The notes below the pieces were generated by a model. It worked only from the letters and a program-made list of their open reading frames with translations, was not told the origin of the DNA and did no database searches. Both the position numbers and the translations under genes were made by a program. A DNA stretch of 31,841 nucleotides from the NCBI GenBank assembly GCA_051294375.1, contig CM119265.1, forward strand, positions 27,327,568 to 27,359,408. The letters run 5' to 3'. Source of the stretch: Paraspadella gotoi (taxonomy: Eukaryota > Animalia > Chaetognatha). Positions 1 through 13,242 of the stretch are shown here, in pieces; within the stretch, counting starts at the first letter, position 1, and every line of letters starts with the position of its first letter.

Positions 1-175
1 TGTTTCTTTTTTTAAATTTCTTTGTTTCGGTTTTCGAGTTAAAAACGAAACAAAATTGTTTTGTCTCGACTTTAAAGAATTTTCTTCTCAGTTTCCTTTG
101 TCGCAGTTTTTTTTTAAAGAAAAAAATATTTGGATCTTGACCTTTGGGAAGGAAAGGGTGACAGGAAACAGAAAG

Positions 176-182
176 GAGAGGA

Positions 183-216
<34 letters not shown>

Positions 217-245
217 ATAGAGAGAGAGAGAGAGAGAGAGAGAGA
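176..245. repeat. (GA)n microsatellite
   Basis: Near-perfect GAGAGA run seen directly; many similar GA/CT tracts occur throughout the window. Confidence 0.95.
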
Positions 246-485
246 ATTGGGTAGAACACAGTAAAGTATGGGAATGATGGGAATTTAGAACTGAGCATTG
301 AGCATTGAGTTATGAGATCGAATATTTTATATGAAATAGATATTAGTAGACATGCTATGATAGTGACTAGTGAGGTCATCGAAAAATTGTCAAAGGGAAG
401 AAAATAGAAATAGAATTATTAGGAAACTTTCTATTTTAAAATAGTCGGAGATAGGAAATTAAATTATTTGTTATGAGAAGGAGTA

Positions 486-595
486 GGAAGGAAGGAAGGA
501 AGGAAGGAAGGAAGGAAGGAAGTAAGGAAGGAAGGAAAGAAGGGAAGGAAGGAAAAAACTCTTTTCATGAAAATAAGAAAGAAAGAAAGAAAGAA
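486..595. repeat. (GGAA)n followed by (GAAA)n microsatellites
   Basis: ggaaggaagg... at 486-553, then gaaagaaa... at ~577-595. Confidence 0.9.
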
Positions 596-1025
596 AAAAA
601 ATTTATTTGAGAGATCGGCGCAGATCAAAAAACCCTGTGCGCAAAAACGAGTCGAAGGCTTAAAAACTCGACGAAGGGCGAGAAGAGCAAATCAGCTCTT
701 TTGGTGAGGAAAAGAAAAAGGAACAAGAAAATGGAAAAAATTGAAAGAAATGGACAAAAAAATGGAAAATGGGGAAATAGAAGATAATGAAAACAAAATA
801 TTGTATATGTTGACTCAAACTTTAAAATTTTAACAGAAACATTGGCCTGGCTTTTGGCCTAGCCTTAGACTATAGACAAATGGCCTTGGTTTAAGATATT
901 GCTCTCTTTTTGGCTTTGCTCTCATTTCAGTTCTTTTTTTTGGTTTAATTTCTTTTTTCTTTTTTTTATCTTGTGTATTCTTCTCTCTATTCCTCTTTCT
1001 CCCCTTCTTCTCCCCATTTCTTTTC

Positions 1026-2293
1026 NNNNNNNNNNNNNNNNNNNNNNNNNNNNNNNNNNNNNNNNNNNNNNNNNNNNNNNNNNNNNNNNNNNNNNNNNNN
1101 NNNNNNNNNNNNNNNNNNNNNNNNNNNNNNNNNNNNNNNNNNNNNNNNNNNNNNNNNNNNNNNNNNNNNNNNNNNNNNNNNNNNNNNNNNNNNNNNNNNN
1201 NNNNNNNNNNNNNNNNNNNNNNNNNNNNNNNNNNNNNNNNNNNNNNNNNNNNNNNNNNNNTTCCCCTCTTCTCATTCCTCTTCCCCCTCTCCCTCCCTTT
1301 TTCCTCTCTCTCTTCTTCCCCCTCTCCCCTCTTCCTCTCCCTCGCTGTCAGACTCAAGCCGCGTTTTTCTTAGACGTCGATGCGAAAAGAGAAGCCGGAT
1401 TTCCAGGCGAAGGAATCTCGCTGTGAGAGAGGGAGAGGAGGAGGAGAGAGAGGGAGAGGGAGAGGGGGAAAGGNNNNNNNNNNNNNNNNNNNNNNNNNNN
1501 NNNNNNNNNNNNNNNNNNNNNNNNNNNNNNNNNNNNNNNNNNNNNNNNNNNNNNNNNNNNNNNNNNNNNNNNNNNNNNNNNNAGGGAGAGAGAGAGAGAG
1601 AGAAGGGGAGGGAGAAAATGGGAGGGAAGCAAAAAGGAAAGAAAAAAAGAAAAGAAAGAGAAGAAAAGATAGAAGGAAGAAAAGAAAATAAGAAAAAAAA
1701 GAGAAGAAAGAAAGGTTTCTTCTGATGAAAAAAAAATGGTTGAGTCAAGGACACGAGAAAAAACAGAAGGAAAGAAAAAAAAGGAGATACAAGGGTCAAG
1801 GAGAAAAAAGGAAAGAAAGAAAAAGGAAAGAAAGAATAAGGAATGAAAGAATAAGGAAAGAAAGAAAAAGGAAAGAAAAAAGAAAAAAAAAGAAAACGCA
1901 ATTTGGAAGAAAGATTAAAAAAAGTATGAAAAGTATTACTAATTGCTACTAGAATTGTTTGCATCTTTGCTTAACCTTTGGGCGACTGTTATTGTGCGTT
2001 AATATTGATTTTCTTTATATTTCTTTCNNNNNNNNNNNNNNNNNNNNNNNNNNNNNNNNNNNNNNNNNNNNNNNNNNNNNNNNNNNNNNNNNNNNNNNNN
2101 NNNNNNNNNNNNNNNNNNNNNNNNNNNNNNNNNNNNNNNNNNNNNNNNNNNNNNNNNNNNNNNNNNNNNNNNNNNNNNNNNNNNNNNNNNNNNNNNNNNN
2201 NNNNNNNNNNNNNNNNNNNNNNNNNNNNNNNNNNNNNNNNNNNNNNNNNNNNNNNNNNNNNNNNNNNNNNNNNNNNNNNNNNNNNNNNNNNNN

Positions 2294-2324
<31 letters not shown>

Positions 2325-3499
2325 GAGAGACTGCAACGATTTCATGCGCGCGCGGAACCCTCGACCCATAGAGGGCGCGACGGTCTTTCGATCGTGAACA
2401 GACTAACAAATGAACATCGACTCAAATTTTCTTTTTTCTTTTTCTTTTTTTCGTGAATTTAAATTCTTTCTTTTCTTTGTGATTTTGTTTCATCTCATTC
2501 GTCGTCGGCGCCTTTGAACTTCCCCTCGCCAATTTAAGTGTGAAACGGTTCACTACTAAACTTTTCTCACTTCTCACTTTTAAAATCCGAACTCACTTTT
2601 TCACTCTCAAATTATCATTTCCACTAAGTCAATACGACCCTGTCGCATTTGTTAATTTCTTAACCTCACTCTATGGCAAATTCGCAATAGCTCATGACTA
2701 CAATTCTTTCACTGCCACTCTCACTCTCTCGCTCACTCGCTCTCTCACTCTCTCGCTCTCTCACTCTCTCATTCTCACTCCTTAGAAAAATCGCGTCTTG
2801 AATCACAAAAAGAAAACTTTTTTCGGCTCAAATTTTTTCTGCCGTCGCCATCGTCGTCGTCGTCGTCGTTGTCGTCGTCGTCTTTGTTCCTAATTTTCAC
2901 TTAAAAAATCCTTATTTGCTTTGTCATTCGAAATATATAAGATTTGCAACTCCTTACGAGAGACAGACAAACATACAGAGAGACATACAGACATATTAAA
3001 ATACGGACAGACGCACAGACGCACTGACTGCTAGACAGACTGCCTGAGAGACAGAGAGATATACAGACAGACAAATGAAAGGCAGAAAACGAAATTATAA
3101 ATTAATTATGAATCAATTATGAAAAACAAAATTTTCTTGAATTACTAACATTTTAAATATAATTCAATTTATGAAAAAACTACTTAACAAAACAGCATAT
3201 TTTTCATTCTTTCGTTGAGTCATCAACTCTCTCTCTCTATCTCTCTTTCTCTCTCTCTCTCTCTCTNNNNNNNNNNNNNNNNNNNNNNNNNNNNNNNNNN
3301 NNNNNNNNNNNNNNNNNNNNNNNNNNNNNNNNNNNNNNNNNNNNNNNNNNNNNNNNNNNNNNNNNNNNNNNNNNNNNNNNNNNNNNNNNNNNNNNNNNNN
3401 NNNNNNNNNNNNNNNNNNNNNNNNNNNNNNNNNNNNNNNNNNNNNNNNNNNNNNNNNNNNNNNNNNNNNNNNNNNNNNNNNNNNNNNNNNNNNNNNNNN
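1026..3499. other. Four sized assembly gaps (1026-1260, 1474-1582, 2028-2293, 3267-3499)
   Basis: N runs of 235, 109, 266 and 233 nt, each flanked by polypurine or polypyrimidine tracts. A similar 192-N gap lies at 15792-15983. Confidence 0.97.
2960..3075. repeat. Degenerate (ACAG)n tetranucleotide tract
   Basis: agacagacaaacatacagagagacatacagac...gacagactg...acagacagac. Confidence 0.7.
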
Positions 3500-3749
3500 C
3501 CCCCCCCTTGTTTCCGTCTCCTCTCTCCTCTAAAAAGTCGAGTAGGGCTGCTCTTTTGTTGAACCGCGATGACATCTTTTGTCCAGCGACGAAAACGAAA
3601 AAAAAAGGGAAAAGTGGAGAAAACAAATGGATTCGGGTTCGACCTTTCGCGACCCCTGGGGGCGACGAACCATTTTTTTTCCTCTTTTTTTTTTCTTTTT
3701 TAAAAAAAGTTGACGGACATTTTTTTCTTCAAAAGTTGGACGAAATATT

Positions 3750-6700
3750 TGAGTGAAACGTGGCCCCAATATTGAGAGTTGATTTGTCTCGATCCCTCTG
3801 CCCCCTGACGGACAAAATAGTTGCAATTCGTAAACAGTCGGCACCGCGTATTAATTTTTTTTTGGGGGGGCTTTAATTTAAAAACAAAAACTGAAGGTTT
3901 TTAACTCCTTTTAAAAGATTCGTTGTGGCTTTTAAATAATTAAAAACAGAACTAATTTTTTTACTATGTGAAAAAACGTGAATGAGATTTTTACATTATA
4001 AATATATAATTATACTGATCCGTTGGTTGCTTTTCTTTTATTGTTCAAACAAAAGACGGATTTTTAAGAATTATATTTGCGAAAGTTTAAAAACGAATTT
4101 CCTTTTTCTTAGCCCAAGTCAAAGTTTGTCTTTCATAAAAAGAAAAATATTTTGCCTTAAACAAAAATCCGAATTTTTCTTGTTAAGGTCGTTTCACTAC
4201 ACACTCTCTCTCTGTTTAAGGTCGTTTCACATACAACACTCTCTCTCTGTCTGTCTGTCTCTCTCGTCTCGTCTCTATCTCGTTCATGTTCTACATCATC
4301 GATCTCGTCGATCTCTCTCTCTCCTCCTCTCTCGCTCTGCGTCTTCTCGTGTCGTCGTCATCTCTGTCTCTCTCTCGTCTCTCTCTCCTCTAAGACATCA
4401 TTTCCTAGTCTTTTTGCCGCTACTCTGTCTCATCTCTTCGGCATCAAATTTCCGTCCTCCGCTTCACTCCTTCTTATCCCATCGCACCTTCTTCTCGTTT
4501 CCTCGTGTTCGCTCCCTGCCTCCCTTCTATCCCTCCTTCTCTTTCTCGTGTTCCTCTCCATCTTCGGTTTCCTGTTTGGATGCGAAAGGCAGAAAAATTT
4601 GCGCCGACGTTGTGGTCTGCAGTTTCTCTCCTCTCTCTCTCTCTCGCTCTGTCTCTCTCGTCTTCTCTCTCTCTCTCCTCTCTCGTCTCTCTCTCTCTCG
4701 TCTCTCTCTCCTGCATCTCCCATTCTCGGTAGTTGAATCAATTTTTTTCGTTTGTTTTTAGTTTTTTCTGTTGACTAGAGACGTGAAGCATTGAAGAGCA
4801 AACATCTTGCGAGAAAAGTCGACATCTGGGTGGCCGAGGGGGGCGAGGGGGGGGGAGAGAGAGGGAGGAGAAAAGCGGGGGTGTGGGAGACAACAGGAGA
4901 AAGAGAGGAAGAGAGAGAAAAAGTGATAAAAAAAGGAGAGAAAGACGATGATAAAAAAGGTAAATTTTAATGAAAAAAAATAAGATAAAAAAGAATGAGA
5001 AGGGTAAAAATTATTATTATGATTAAAATCAGAAACGAAAAGTTGATTGAGAGAGAGAGAGAGAGTTAAGGATAAAAAGAGGAAAAATAATATTCTCAAT
5101 ATACATTTATTATTTAATGTTATTATGATGAGTTTTAATGTTTAAAACACAAAACAGCTAAACGTAAAATGAACAAAAATCTGAACTCTCTACTCGTAAA
5201 ATAAATGGGAATAAGCGAAACTTTTACGATATTTTTTTGCTTTTCCAATGGTTTTGCATTAGTTTAAGAACTTTCGCGATTTTTGCCTGAACTTAGTTCT
5301 CGTTCTATTATTATTGCTGCCAAACTAAAGATAATTAGGCGAAAATGTCAACACAGAGTTCGAGTTGTGACATTATGGCGATCGAAGGCAGATAACCAGA
5401 ACAGAGGTCTGAGTCTATTTAAGCGAAAACATAAGGGGAATCGTTTTTTTTTTTGGCTCCGAGGTAATAATTAAAAATAGACTAAGATCGCTTTCTCTTT
5501 CATTCTTTCTCGCTTTCTCTTTTGTCTCCCTCTCAGTCACTGTCTCTCTTCTCTCTCTCTCGCCCCATAAATAAAGTGGTACACTATAAAAAGCTTAAAT
5601 TAAAAAGAAAAAAAATCACAAATTTTTAAATCCTTTTCATACATTTTTCATATAGATGTTTCCCTTGTCGCTATTTTTTCCAGGTTTTTTTTTCCACGTC
5701 TTTTGTGACCCATAAAACAGAGAGACGTCTCTCTCCTCCTCTCTTTCGTCCCCTCTCTCTGCTCTCCGATCTCTCCTCATCTCTCTCTTCTCTTCTCGTC
5801 TCTCGTCTCTCTCCTCTACTCGTATATGCTGAATGGACGCTAATATTGCATTTCCTTCAGTTTTATTAAAAACGGAATCCGACGCCGACGATGAATCCAA
5901 GAGTCAGGATTACAAATCTTTACGGCGGAGGAGAAGAGAATGGGAGAGAGAGAGAGAGACGAGAGAGAGAGCAGAGAGAGAGAGAGAGAGAGAGAGAGAG
6001 CAGAGAGAGACGACAGAGAGAGAGAGAGAGAGAGAGGAAAGAGAGCATAGGAGAAAAGACAGGAGAGACAGAGCTCTAAAAAAATTGAAAAAGACTGAAT
6101 TAATCATTTCTGTTTTTTTTTTTATTCAACTTTGCAATTTTTGGAATATAATGTTCAATTTAAAAACTTATACTTATAACTTTCGACAAAACAACCCATA
6201 AACATCTGACAAGCATTCTAGAAATCATCTCTCAAAACCATCTCTCAAAACCATCTGAACAAAACCATTCTTCAAAACCATCTTTCAAACCATCTGAACA
6301 AAACCATCTGCACAAAACCATCTGACGAAAAAACATCTGTCAAACCATCCATCCTTCAAACTCGTGATTTTTTCTTTCTCCAAAAAAAAAAATCTTTTTT
6401 GCATCGGAAAAACGCAATTAAAAACTTCTTGGGTTGGACGCCCCGTCGGGCCTCGTCGGGGCTCGGGGGGGGGGGGGTGGGTGAGTGCGTGGGAGTGGGC
6501 TGTGGAGAGAATGGGGGCTCTGATGGAGTTCGTGAGGGGAAGGGAGGGAAAGGGGTGTGGGGTGAGTAAGGGTAGGTCGATGGAGATGTGCGCAAGAGGA
6601 GAGAGATCGCGAGGTGAGGTTAAGGCTGAGGAAAGAGGAAAGGATAAGATGGTAGGTAAGGTAAGGTGATTCTCTCAGATCAATTCATTTCTTTGTTAAA

Positions 6701-7348
6701 TTTGAAATGAGTTAACGCAATACTAAAAATGAAATGAGGGAGACAGAAAGGAGAGATAGAAAAAAGGTGTAAGGATAGAAAAAGGAAATGAGGGACGTAG
6801 GGAGAGGAAAAAGTAAGGATAGAAAAAGAAAGCAAATACAGAAAAAAAATAAAGGATGTAAGAAACGTAAGCGAAAGATAGAAAAGAAAGTAAGGACTAA
6901 GAGGAGAAAGGAAAGGAAAGGAAAAAAAACAGAAAGACAAAAAGGAAAGATATAAAGAAAGTAAGAACAAATTGAGCTAGAAGCATAAAAGAAGGAGAGC
7001 AAGAAAGCAAGAAAGCAAAGAAAGCAAGAAACAGTCGAGTCGTTCGAGGAAGGAAACAAAAAACCCACACACAAAGAAAAAGAAAAAGAAAGTGAAGAAA
7101 GAAATATTTTTCATTTGCGATAAAAAGAAAGAAAAAAGAGTCACAGGGAAGCAGGATGATTACGGTGCACGACGAGACGACGACGACGAAGAGGACGAAG
7201 AGGACGACGACGCGACAACGACGACGAAGACGACGACGACGGCGACAACGACGACGACGAGACTTTAAATTATTGAAAGTTTCTTTACTCGGCCGCTGAG
7301 CGTCACCTGCGGTGAACAGAGAGAGTAAGAGAGAGAGACAGAGAGAAT

Positions 7349-7382
<34 letters not shown>

Positions 7383-8276
7383 AGAGACAAGAAAGAGAGA
7401 GATCTTTTGTTTTTCTTTTCTCGATTCACGTTGGCGCCATCTTCTTTTTCTTCTTTCATTTTTTTTTATCTTTTTCTTCTTCTTTTCTTTTTAATTTTTT
7501 TTTTTTTCTCTAATCTATTTTTTCTTTTTTATTTTCTCTCTTTATTTTCTTCTTTTCCTCTTCCTCAAGTTCTCTCCTCCTCCAATTGAGTCTACAGTAA
7601 ATTTAAATCTTTTTCTATTCCATTATATTTCGCATTTTTGACCCCCCCCTCTTCGCCCCAGAGTTTATGGGTCGTGCTCTGAATTATTCGTCGTCGTCGT
7701 CGCCCCGGGCACGGCGATCGTCGTCGCCCCCTCAGAAAACTTCGCCCGGGCCACGGCGATCGTCGCGCCGCCTCTCGTCGGAAATTTTGACTTAACCCGT
7801 GATAAGCTGATGTGAGCCGCTGTGCGTCTCTATGGGCTAGTTTGTTTCACCGCCGTGCTGTTATTTCTTTCTTTCTTCTGTTCTTTCTGTTCTTTCTTTC
7901 TTTCTTCTTTCCTTTCTTTTTCTTATCTTTCTTTTCTGTTCTTTCTGTTCTGTCTTTCTTCTTTCTTTCTTTCTTTTCTTCTTTCTGTTCTTTCTGTTCT
8001 TTTTCTTTCTCTTTCTTTCTTCTTTTCTTTCTTTCTTTCTTTCAGTCCAGAATAATAAATATTAAAAACATTTCCTAGGTTGTAACCGCGCTCCAGTAAC
8101 TTCTTCATCCAGTTTGTTCCTTCTCAGTCTCTAAAAGAAATAAAAGAATTAAATAAGAAGAACAGAAGAAAAGAAAACTAACAAAATAGAGAAGAAGAGA
8201 AAGAGAAGAAAACTACAAAATAGAGGGAAGTAGCGATCCTCGTCCCGATTCGTAAATAAACAAAAGACGTCGATCG
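3750..8276 (+). repeat. Block A copy 1 (~4.5 kb), direct duplicate of ~9735-14354
   Basis: Shared unique anchors in the same order: ccccctgacggacaaaa (~3822/~9807), gtcgacatctgg (~4818/~10900), CAAAACCATCT array (6200/12197), ggacgccccgtcgggcctcg (~6436/~12433), aagacgtcgatcg (8264/14341). Differences are mostly 1-nt indels. Confidence 0.93.
6200..6354 (+). repeat. Minisatellite, ~11 units of ~13-14 bp, consensus CAAAACCATCT(NN); copies at 9530-9687 and 12197-12351
   Basis: caaaaccatctct caaaaccatctgaa caaaaccattctt caaaaccatcttt caaaccatctgaa caaaaccatctgca caaaaccatctgac...; units are contiguous with no spacers. Confidence 0.9.
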
Positions 8277-8301
8277 NNNNNNNNNNNNNNNNNNNNNNNN
8301 N
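8277..8301. other. Fixed-size 25-N placeholder gap (also 12533-12557, 14609-14633, 22071-22095, 23189-23213, 24199-24223)
   Basis: Six gaps of exactly 25 N. For 12533-12557, the duplicate copy at ~6531 (cgtga|ggggaaggg) shows that zero bases are missing. Confidence 0.95.
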
Positions 8302-9725
8302 GAAAAAGAGAATGATAAAAAATTAAGAAAAAAAAATATTGAGAAAGGGAAAAAAATATTATTAGATTAAATCAGACAACGAAAAAGTTGATTGAGAGAG
8401 AGAGAGAGAGTTAAGATAAAAAGAGGAAAAAAAAATATTCTCATATACATTTATTATTTAATGTTATTATGAGAGTTTTAATGTTTAAAACAACAAAACA
8501 GCTAACGTAAAATGAACAAAAATCTAACTCTCTACGTAAAATAATGGAATAAGCGAAACTTACGATATTTTTTGCTTTCCAATGGTTTTGATTAAGTTTA
8601 AGAACTTTCGCCGATTTTTGCCTGAACTTATTCTCGTTTCTATTATTATTCTGCAAACTAAAGATAATTAGGCGAAAATGTCAACCAGAGTTCGAGTTTG
8701 ACATTTGGCGCGAAAGGCAATAACCAGAACGAGGCTGAGTCTTTTAAAGCGAAAACATAAGGGAATCGTTTTTTTTTTTGCTCCGAAGGTAATATTAAAA
8801 ATACTAAGATCGCTTTCTCTTTCATTCTTTCTCTCTTTCTCTCTTTGTCTCCCTCTCAGTCGCTGTCTCTCTCTCTCTCTCTCCCCCATAATAAAGTGGT
8901 ACAATAAAAACTTAAATTAAAAAGAAAAAAAATCACAAATTTTTAAATCCTTTTCATACATTTTTCATATAGTTTTCCCTGTCCTATTTTTTCCAGGTTT
9001 TTTTTTTCCACGTCTTTTGTGACCCATAAACAGAGAGACGCTCTCTCTCTCTCTCTCTCTCTCTCCTCTCTCTCCCCCTCTCTCTCTCTCTCTCTCTCTT
9101 CTCTCCTCTCTCTTTTTTTCTCTCTCTCTCTCTCTCTCTCTCATTCTGTTCCTCTGCTACTATATGGACCTAATGACGTATTTGCATCCTTCCTTCAGTT
9201 TTATTAAAAACGGAATCCGACGCCGACGATGAATCCAAGAGTCAGGATTGACAATCTTTACGGCGGAGGAGAAGAGATGGGAGAGAGAGAGGAGAGACGA
9301 GAGAGAGAGCAGAGAGAGAGAGAGAGAGCAGAGAGAGAGCAGAGAGAGAGCAGAGAGAGGAGAGGAGAAGAGGAAAGAGACATGAGAGAAAGAGACAGAG
9401 AGACAGAGCTCTAAAGAAAAATTGAAAACTGAATTAATATTTCTTTTTTTTATTTCAAACTTTGCAATTTTTGGAATATAATGTTCAATTTAAAACTTAT
9501 AACTTATAACTTTCGACAAAACAACCCATAAACATCTGACAAGCATTCTGAGAAATCATCTCTTAAAACCATCTCTCAAAACCATCTGAACAAAACCATC
9601 TTTCAAAACCATCTTTCAAAACCATCTGAACAAAACCATCTGCACAAAACCATCTGACGAAAAAACCATCTGTCAAACCATCCATCCTTCAAACTCGTGA
9701 TTTTTTCTTTCCTCCAAAAAAAAAA
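8302..9725 (+). repeat. Block A partial third copy (equivalent to ~4950-6392 and ~11001-12390)
   Basis: Starts right after a 25-N gap and contains the same attctcatatacatttattatt, gacgccgacgatgaatccaa and CAAAACCATCT array; ends at ctccaaaaaaaaaaa. Confidence 0.93.
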
Positions 9726-10339
9726 ACCTCATCTCTGAGATGAACCTACGTGGACACCCTCCTCCAATATTCGGAAGAGTTGATATTGTCTCGATCCCTC
9801 CTTAGCCCCCCTGACGGACAAAACTAGTTGCATATTCGTAAACAGTCGGGCACCTGCGTATTTAATTTTTTTGTTGGGTTAATGATTTTAAACAACAACC
9901 GAAGGTTTTAACGTCCTTGTATAAAAAGTATTCGTTGTGGCTTTTAAGATTAAAAATTAAAACTCTAAATAATTAAACAAAATTAAGAATTAAAAACAGA
10001 ACTAATTTTATTTAACTAATGTGAAAAACGTAAAAGAGAATTTTGTACACTGTCATATTATGTAATTATATAATTATTATAATTAGGTGCAACTGATAAA
10101 ACCCAATAAGACTTGCTTTGTCTTCATATGTGTTCTCTCTATTATTAAGGAACAAAGACTTGTATATAATTTGGAAAAGATTTATATTGCGAGAAAAGTC
10201 GTTAGAAAAACGAAATTATTCCTTGTTTCTTTACGCCACGAAGTCGAAAGTTTGTCTTTCATAAAAGAAATTAAATGGATTTTGCCTTAAACAGAAATCC
10301 GAATTTTTCTTGTTTAAGGTCGTTTCACATACAACACTC

Positions 10340-10370
<31 letters not shown>

Positions 10371-10725
10371 CATCTCTCGTCTCTCATCGATCTCTCTCTC
10401 TCTCTCTCTCCTCTCTCCTCTCACTATCTCGGTCTTCATCTCTGACTTCACTCTCTCTCGTCTCTCTCTCTCTAAGCATCATTTCCTAGTCCTTTTTCCC
10501 TCTCTTCTCTCTCTTTCGGATCAAAATTTCCTCCTCCCTTCAGTCCTTCTTATCCCATCCCCGTTCTTCCTCTTTCCTCGTGTTCCTCCCTCCTCACTCT
10601 TCTTATCCCCTCCCCTTCCTCCTCTTTCCTCGTGTTCCTCCTCCCTCCCTCCATCTCTCTTTCTCCGGAGTTTCCTGTTTGGATGCGAAAGGAGAAAAAA
10701 TTTGCGCCGACGTTTGGTCTGCATT

Positions 10726-10809
<84 letters not shown>

Positions 10810-11948
10810 TCCGGTAGTTGAATCAATTTTTTTTGTTCTTTTTAGTTTTTTTGTTGAACTAGAGACGTGAACATTGAAGAGCAAACATCTTGGAGAAAAG
10901 TCGACATCTGGGTGGCCGAGGGGGGCGAGGGGGGAGAGAGAGAGTAGGAGGAAAAGCGGGGGTGTGGGAGACAAAGAGAGAAAGAGAGGAAGAGAGAGAT
11001 GAAAAAGAGGAATGATAAAAAATTAAGAAAAAAAAAAGATGAAAAAGGGTAAAAATATTATTAGATTAAATCAGACAACGAAAAGTTGATTGAGAGAGAA
11101 GGAGAGAGTTAAGATAAAAAGAGGAAAAATAATATTCTCATATACATTTATTATTTAATGTTATTATGAGAGTTTTAATGTTTAAAACAACAAAAACAGC
11201 TAACGTAAAATGAACAAAAATCTAACTCTCTACCGTAAAATAATGGAATAAGCGAAACTTTTACGATATTTTTTTTGCTTTCCAATGGTTTTGATTAGTT
11301 TAAGAACTTCGCGATTTTTGCCTGAACTTATTCTCGTTCTATTATTATTCTGCCAAACTAAAGATAATTAGGCGAAAATGTCAACCAGAGTTCGAGTTTG
11401 ACATTTGGCGAAAAGGCAATAACCAGAACGAGGCTGAGTCTTTTAAGCGAAAACATAGGAATCGTTTTTTTTTTGCTCCGAAGGTAATATTAAAAATACT
11501 AAGATCGCTTTCTCTTTCATTCTTTCTCCTTTCTCTTTTGTCTCCCTCTCAGTCCCTGTCTCTCTTCTCTCTCTGTCCCCCATAATAAAAGTGGTACAAT
11601 AAAAACTTAAAATTAAAAAGAAAAAAAATCACAAATTTTTAAAATCCTTTTCATACATTTTTCATATAGATTTTCCCTGTCCTATTTTTTCCAGGTTTTT
11701 TTTTTCCACGTCTTTTGTGACCCATAAACAGAGAGACGCTCTCTCTCTCTCTCTCTCTCTCTCCTCTCTCTCCCCCTCTCTCTCTCTCTCTCTCTCTTCT
11801 CTCCTCTCTCTTTTTTTCTCTCTCTCTCTCTCCTCTCTCATTCTGAATGGACCTAAATATTCATTTCTTCGTTTATTAAACGGAATCCGACGCCGACGAT
11901 GAATCCAAGGAGGCAGGATTACAATCTTTACGGCGGAGGAGAAGAATG

Positions 11949-12023
<75 letters not shown>

Positions 12024-13188
12024 GAGAGGGAGAGAGAGAGAGAGAGAAAGAGACAGGAGAAGAAGACAGAGAGACAGAGCTCTAAAAAAATTGAAAACTG
12101 AATTAATATTTCTTTTTTTTATTCAACTTTGCAATTTTTGGAATATAATGTTCAATTTAAAAACTTATACTTATAACTTTCGACAAAACAACCCATAAAC
12201 ATCTGACAAGCATTCTAGAAATCATCTCTCAAAACCATCTCTCAAAACCATCTGAACAAAACCATTCTTCAAAACCATCTTTCAAACCATCTGAACAAAA
12301 CCATCTGCACAAAACCATCTGACGAAAAAACATCTGTCAAACCATCCATCCTTCAAACTCGTGATTTTTTCTTTCTCCAAAAAAAAAAATCTTTTTTGCA
12401 TCGGAAAAACGCAATTAAAAACTTCTTGGGTTGGACGCCCCGTCGGGCCTCGTCGGGGCTCGGGGGGGGGGGGGTGGGTGAGTGCGTGGGAGTGGGCTGT
12501 GGAGAGAATGGGGGCTCTGATGGAGTTCGTGANNNNNNNNNNNNNNNNNNNNNNNNNGGGGAAGGGAGGGAAAGGGGTTGTGGGGTGAGTAAGGGTAAGG
12601 TCGATGGAGATGTGCGCAAGAGGAGAGAGATCGCGAGGTGAGGTTAAGGCTGAGGAAAGAGGAAAGGGATAAGATGGTAAGGTAAGGTAAGGTGATTCTC
12701 TCAGATCAATTCATTTCTTTGTTAAATTTGAAATGAGTTCAACGCAATACTAAAATGAAATGAGGGAGACAGAAAGGAGAGATAGAAAAAAGGTGTAAGG
12801 ATAGAAAAAGGAAATGAGGGACCGTAGGGAGAGAAAAAGTAAGGATAGAAAAAGGAAAGCAAATACAGAAAAAAAAGAAAGGATGTAAGAAAACGTAAGC
12901 GAAAGATAGAAAAGAAAAGTAAGGACTAAGAGGAGAAAGGAAAGGAAAGGAAACAAAACAGAAAGACAAAGGAAAGATATAAATAAAGTAAGAACAAATT
13001 GAGCTAGAAAGCATAAAAGAAGGAGAGCAAGAAAGCAAGAAAGCAAGAAAGCAAGAAACAGGTCGAGTCGTTCGAGGAAGGAAACAAAAAACCCACACAC
13101 AAAGAAAAAGAAAAGAAAAGTGAAGAAAGAAATATTTTTCATTTGCGATAAAAAGAAAGAAAAAAGAGTCAACAGGGAAGCAGGATGA

Positions 13189-13197
13189 TTACGGTGC

Positions 13198-13242
<45 letters not shown>

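Noticed and set aside
6200-6354. CRISPR-like array
   Set aside because: Units are only 13-14 bp, contiguous and lack unique spacers; no cas genes; eukaryotic-type context.
10087-10290. 67-aa ORF MQLIKPNKTC...
   Set aside because: It lies in the insertion-rich noisy copy of ~4010-4160 and is not preserved in the other copy.
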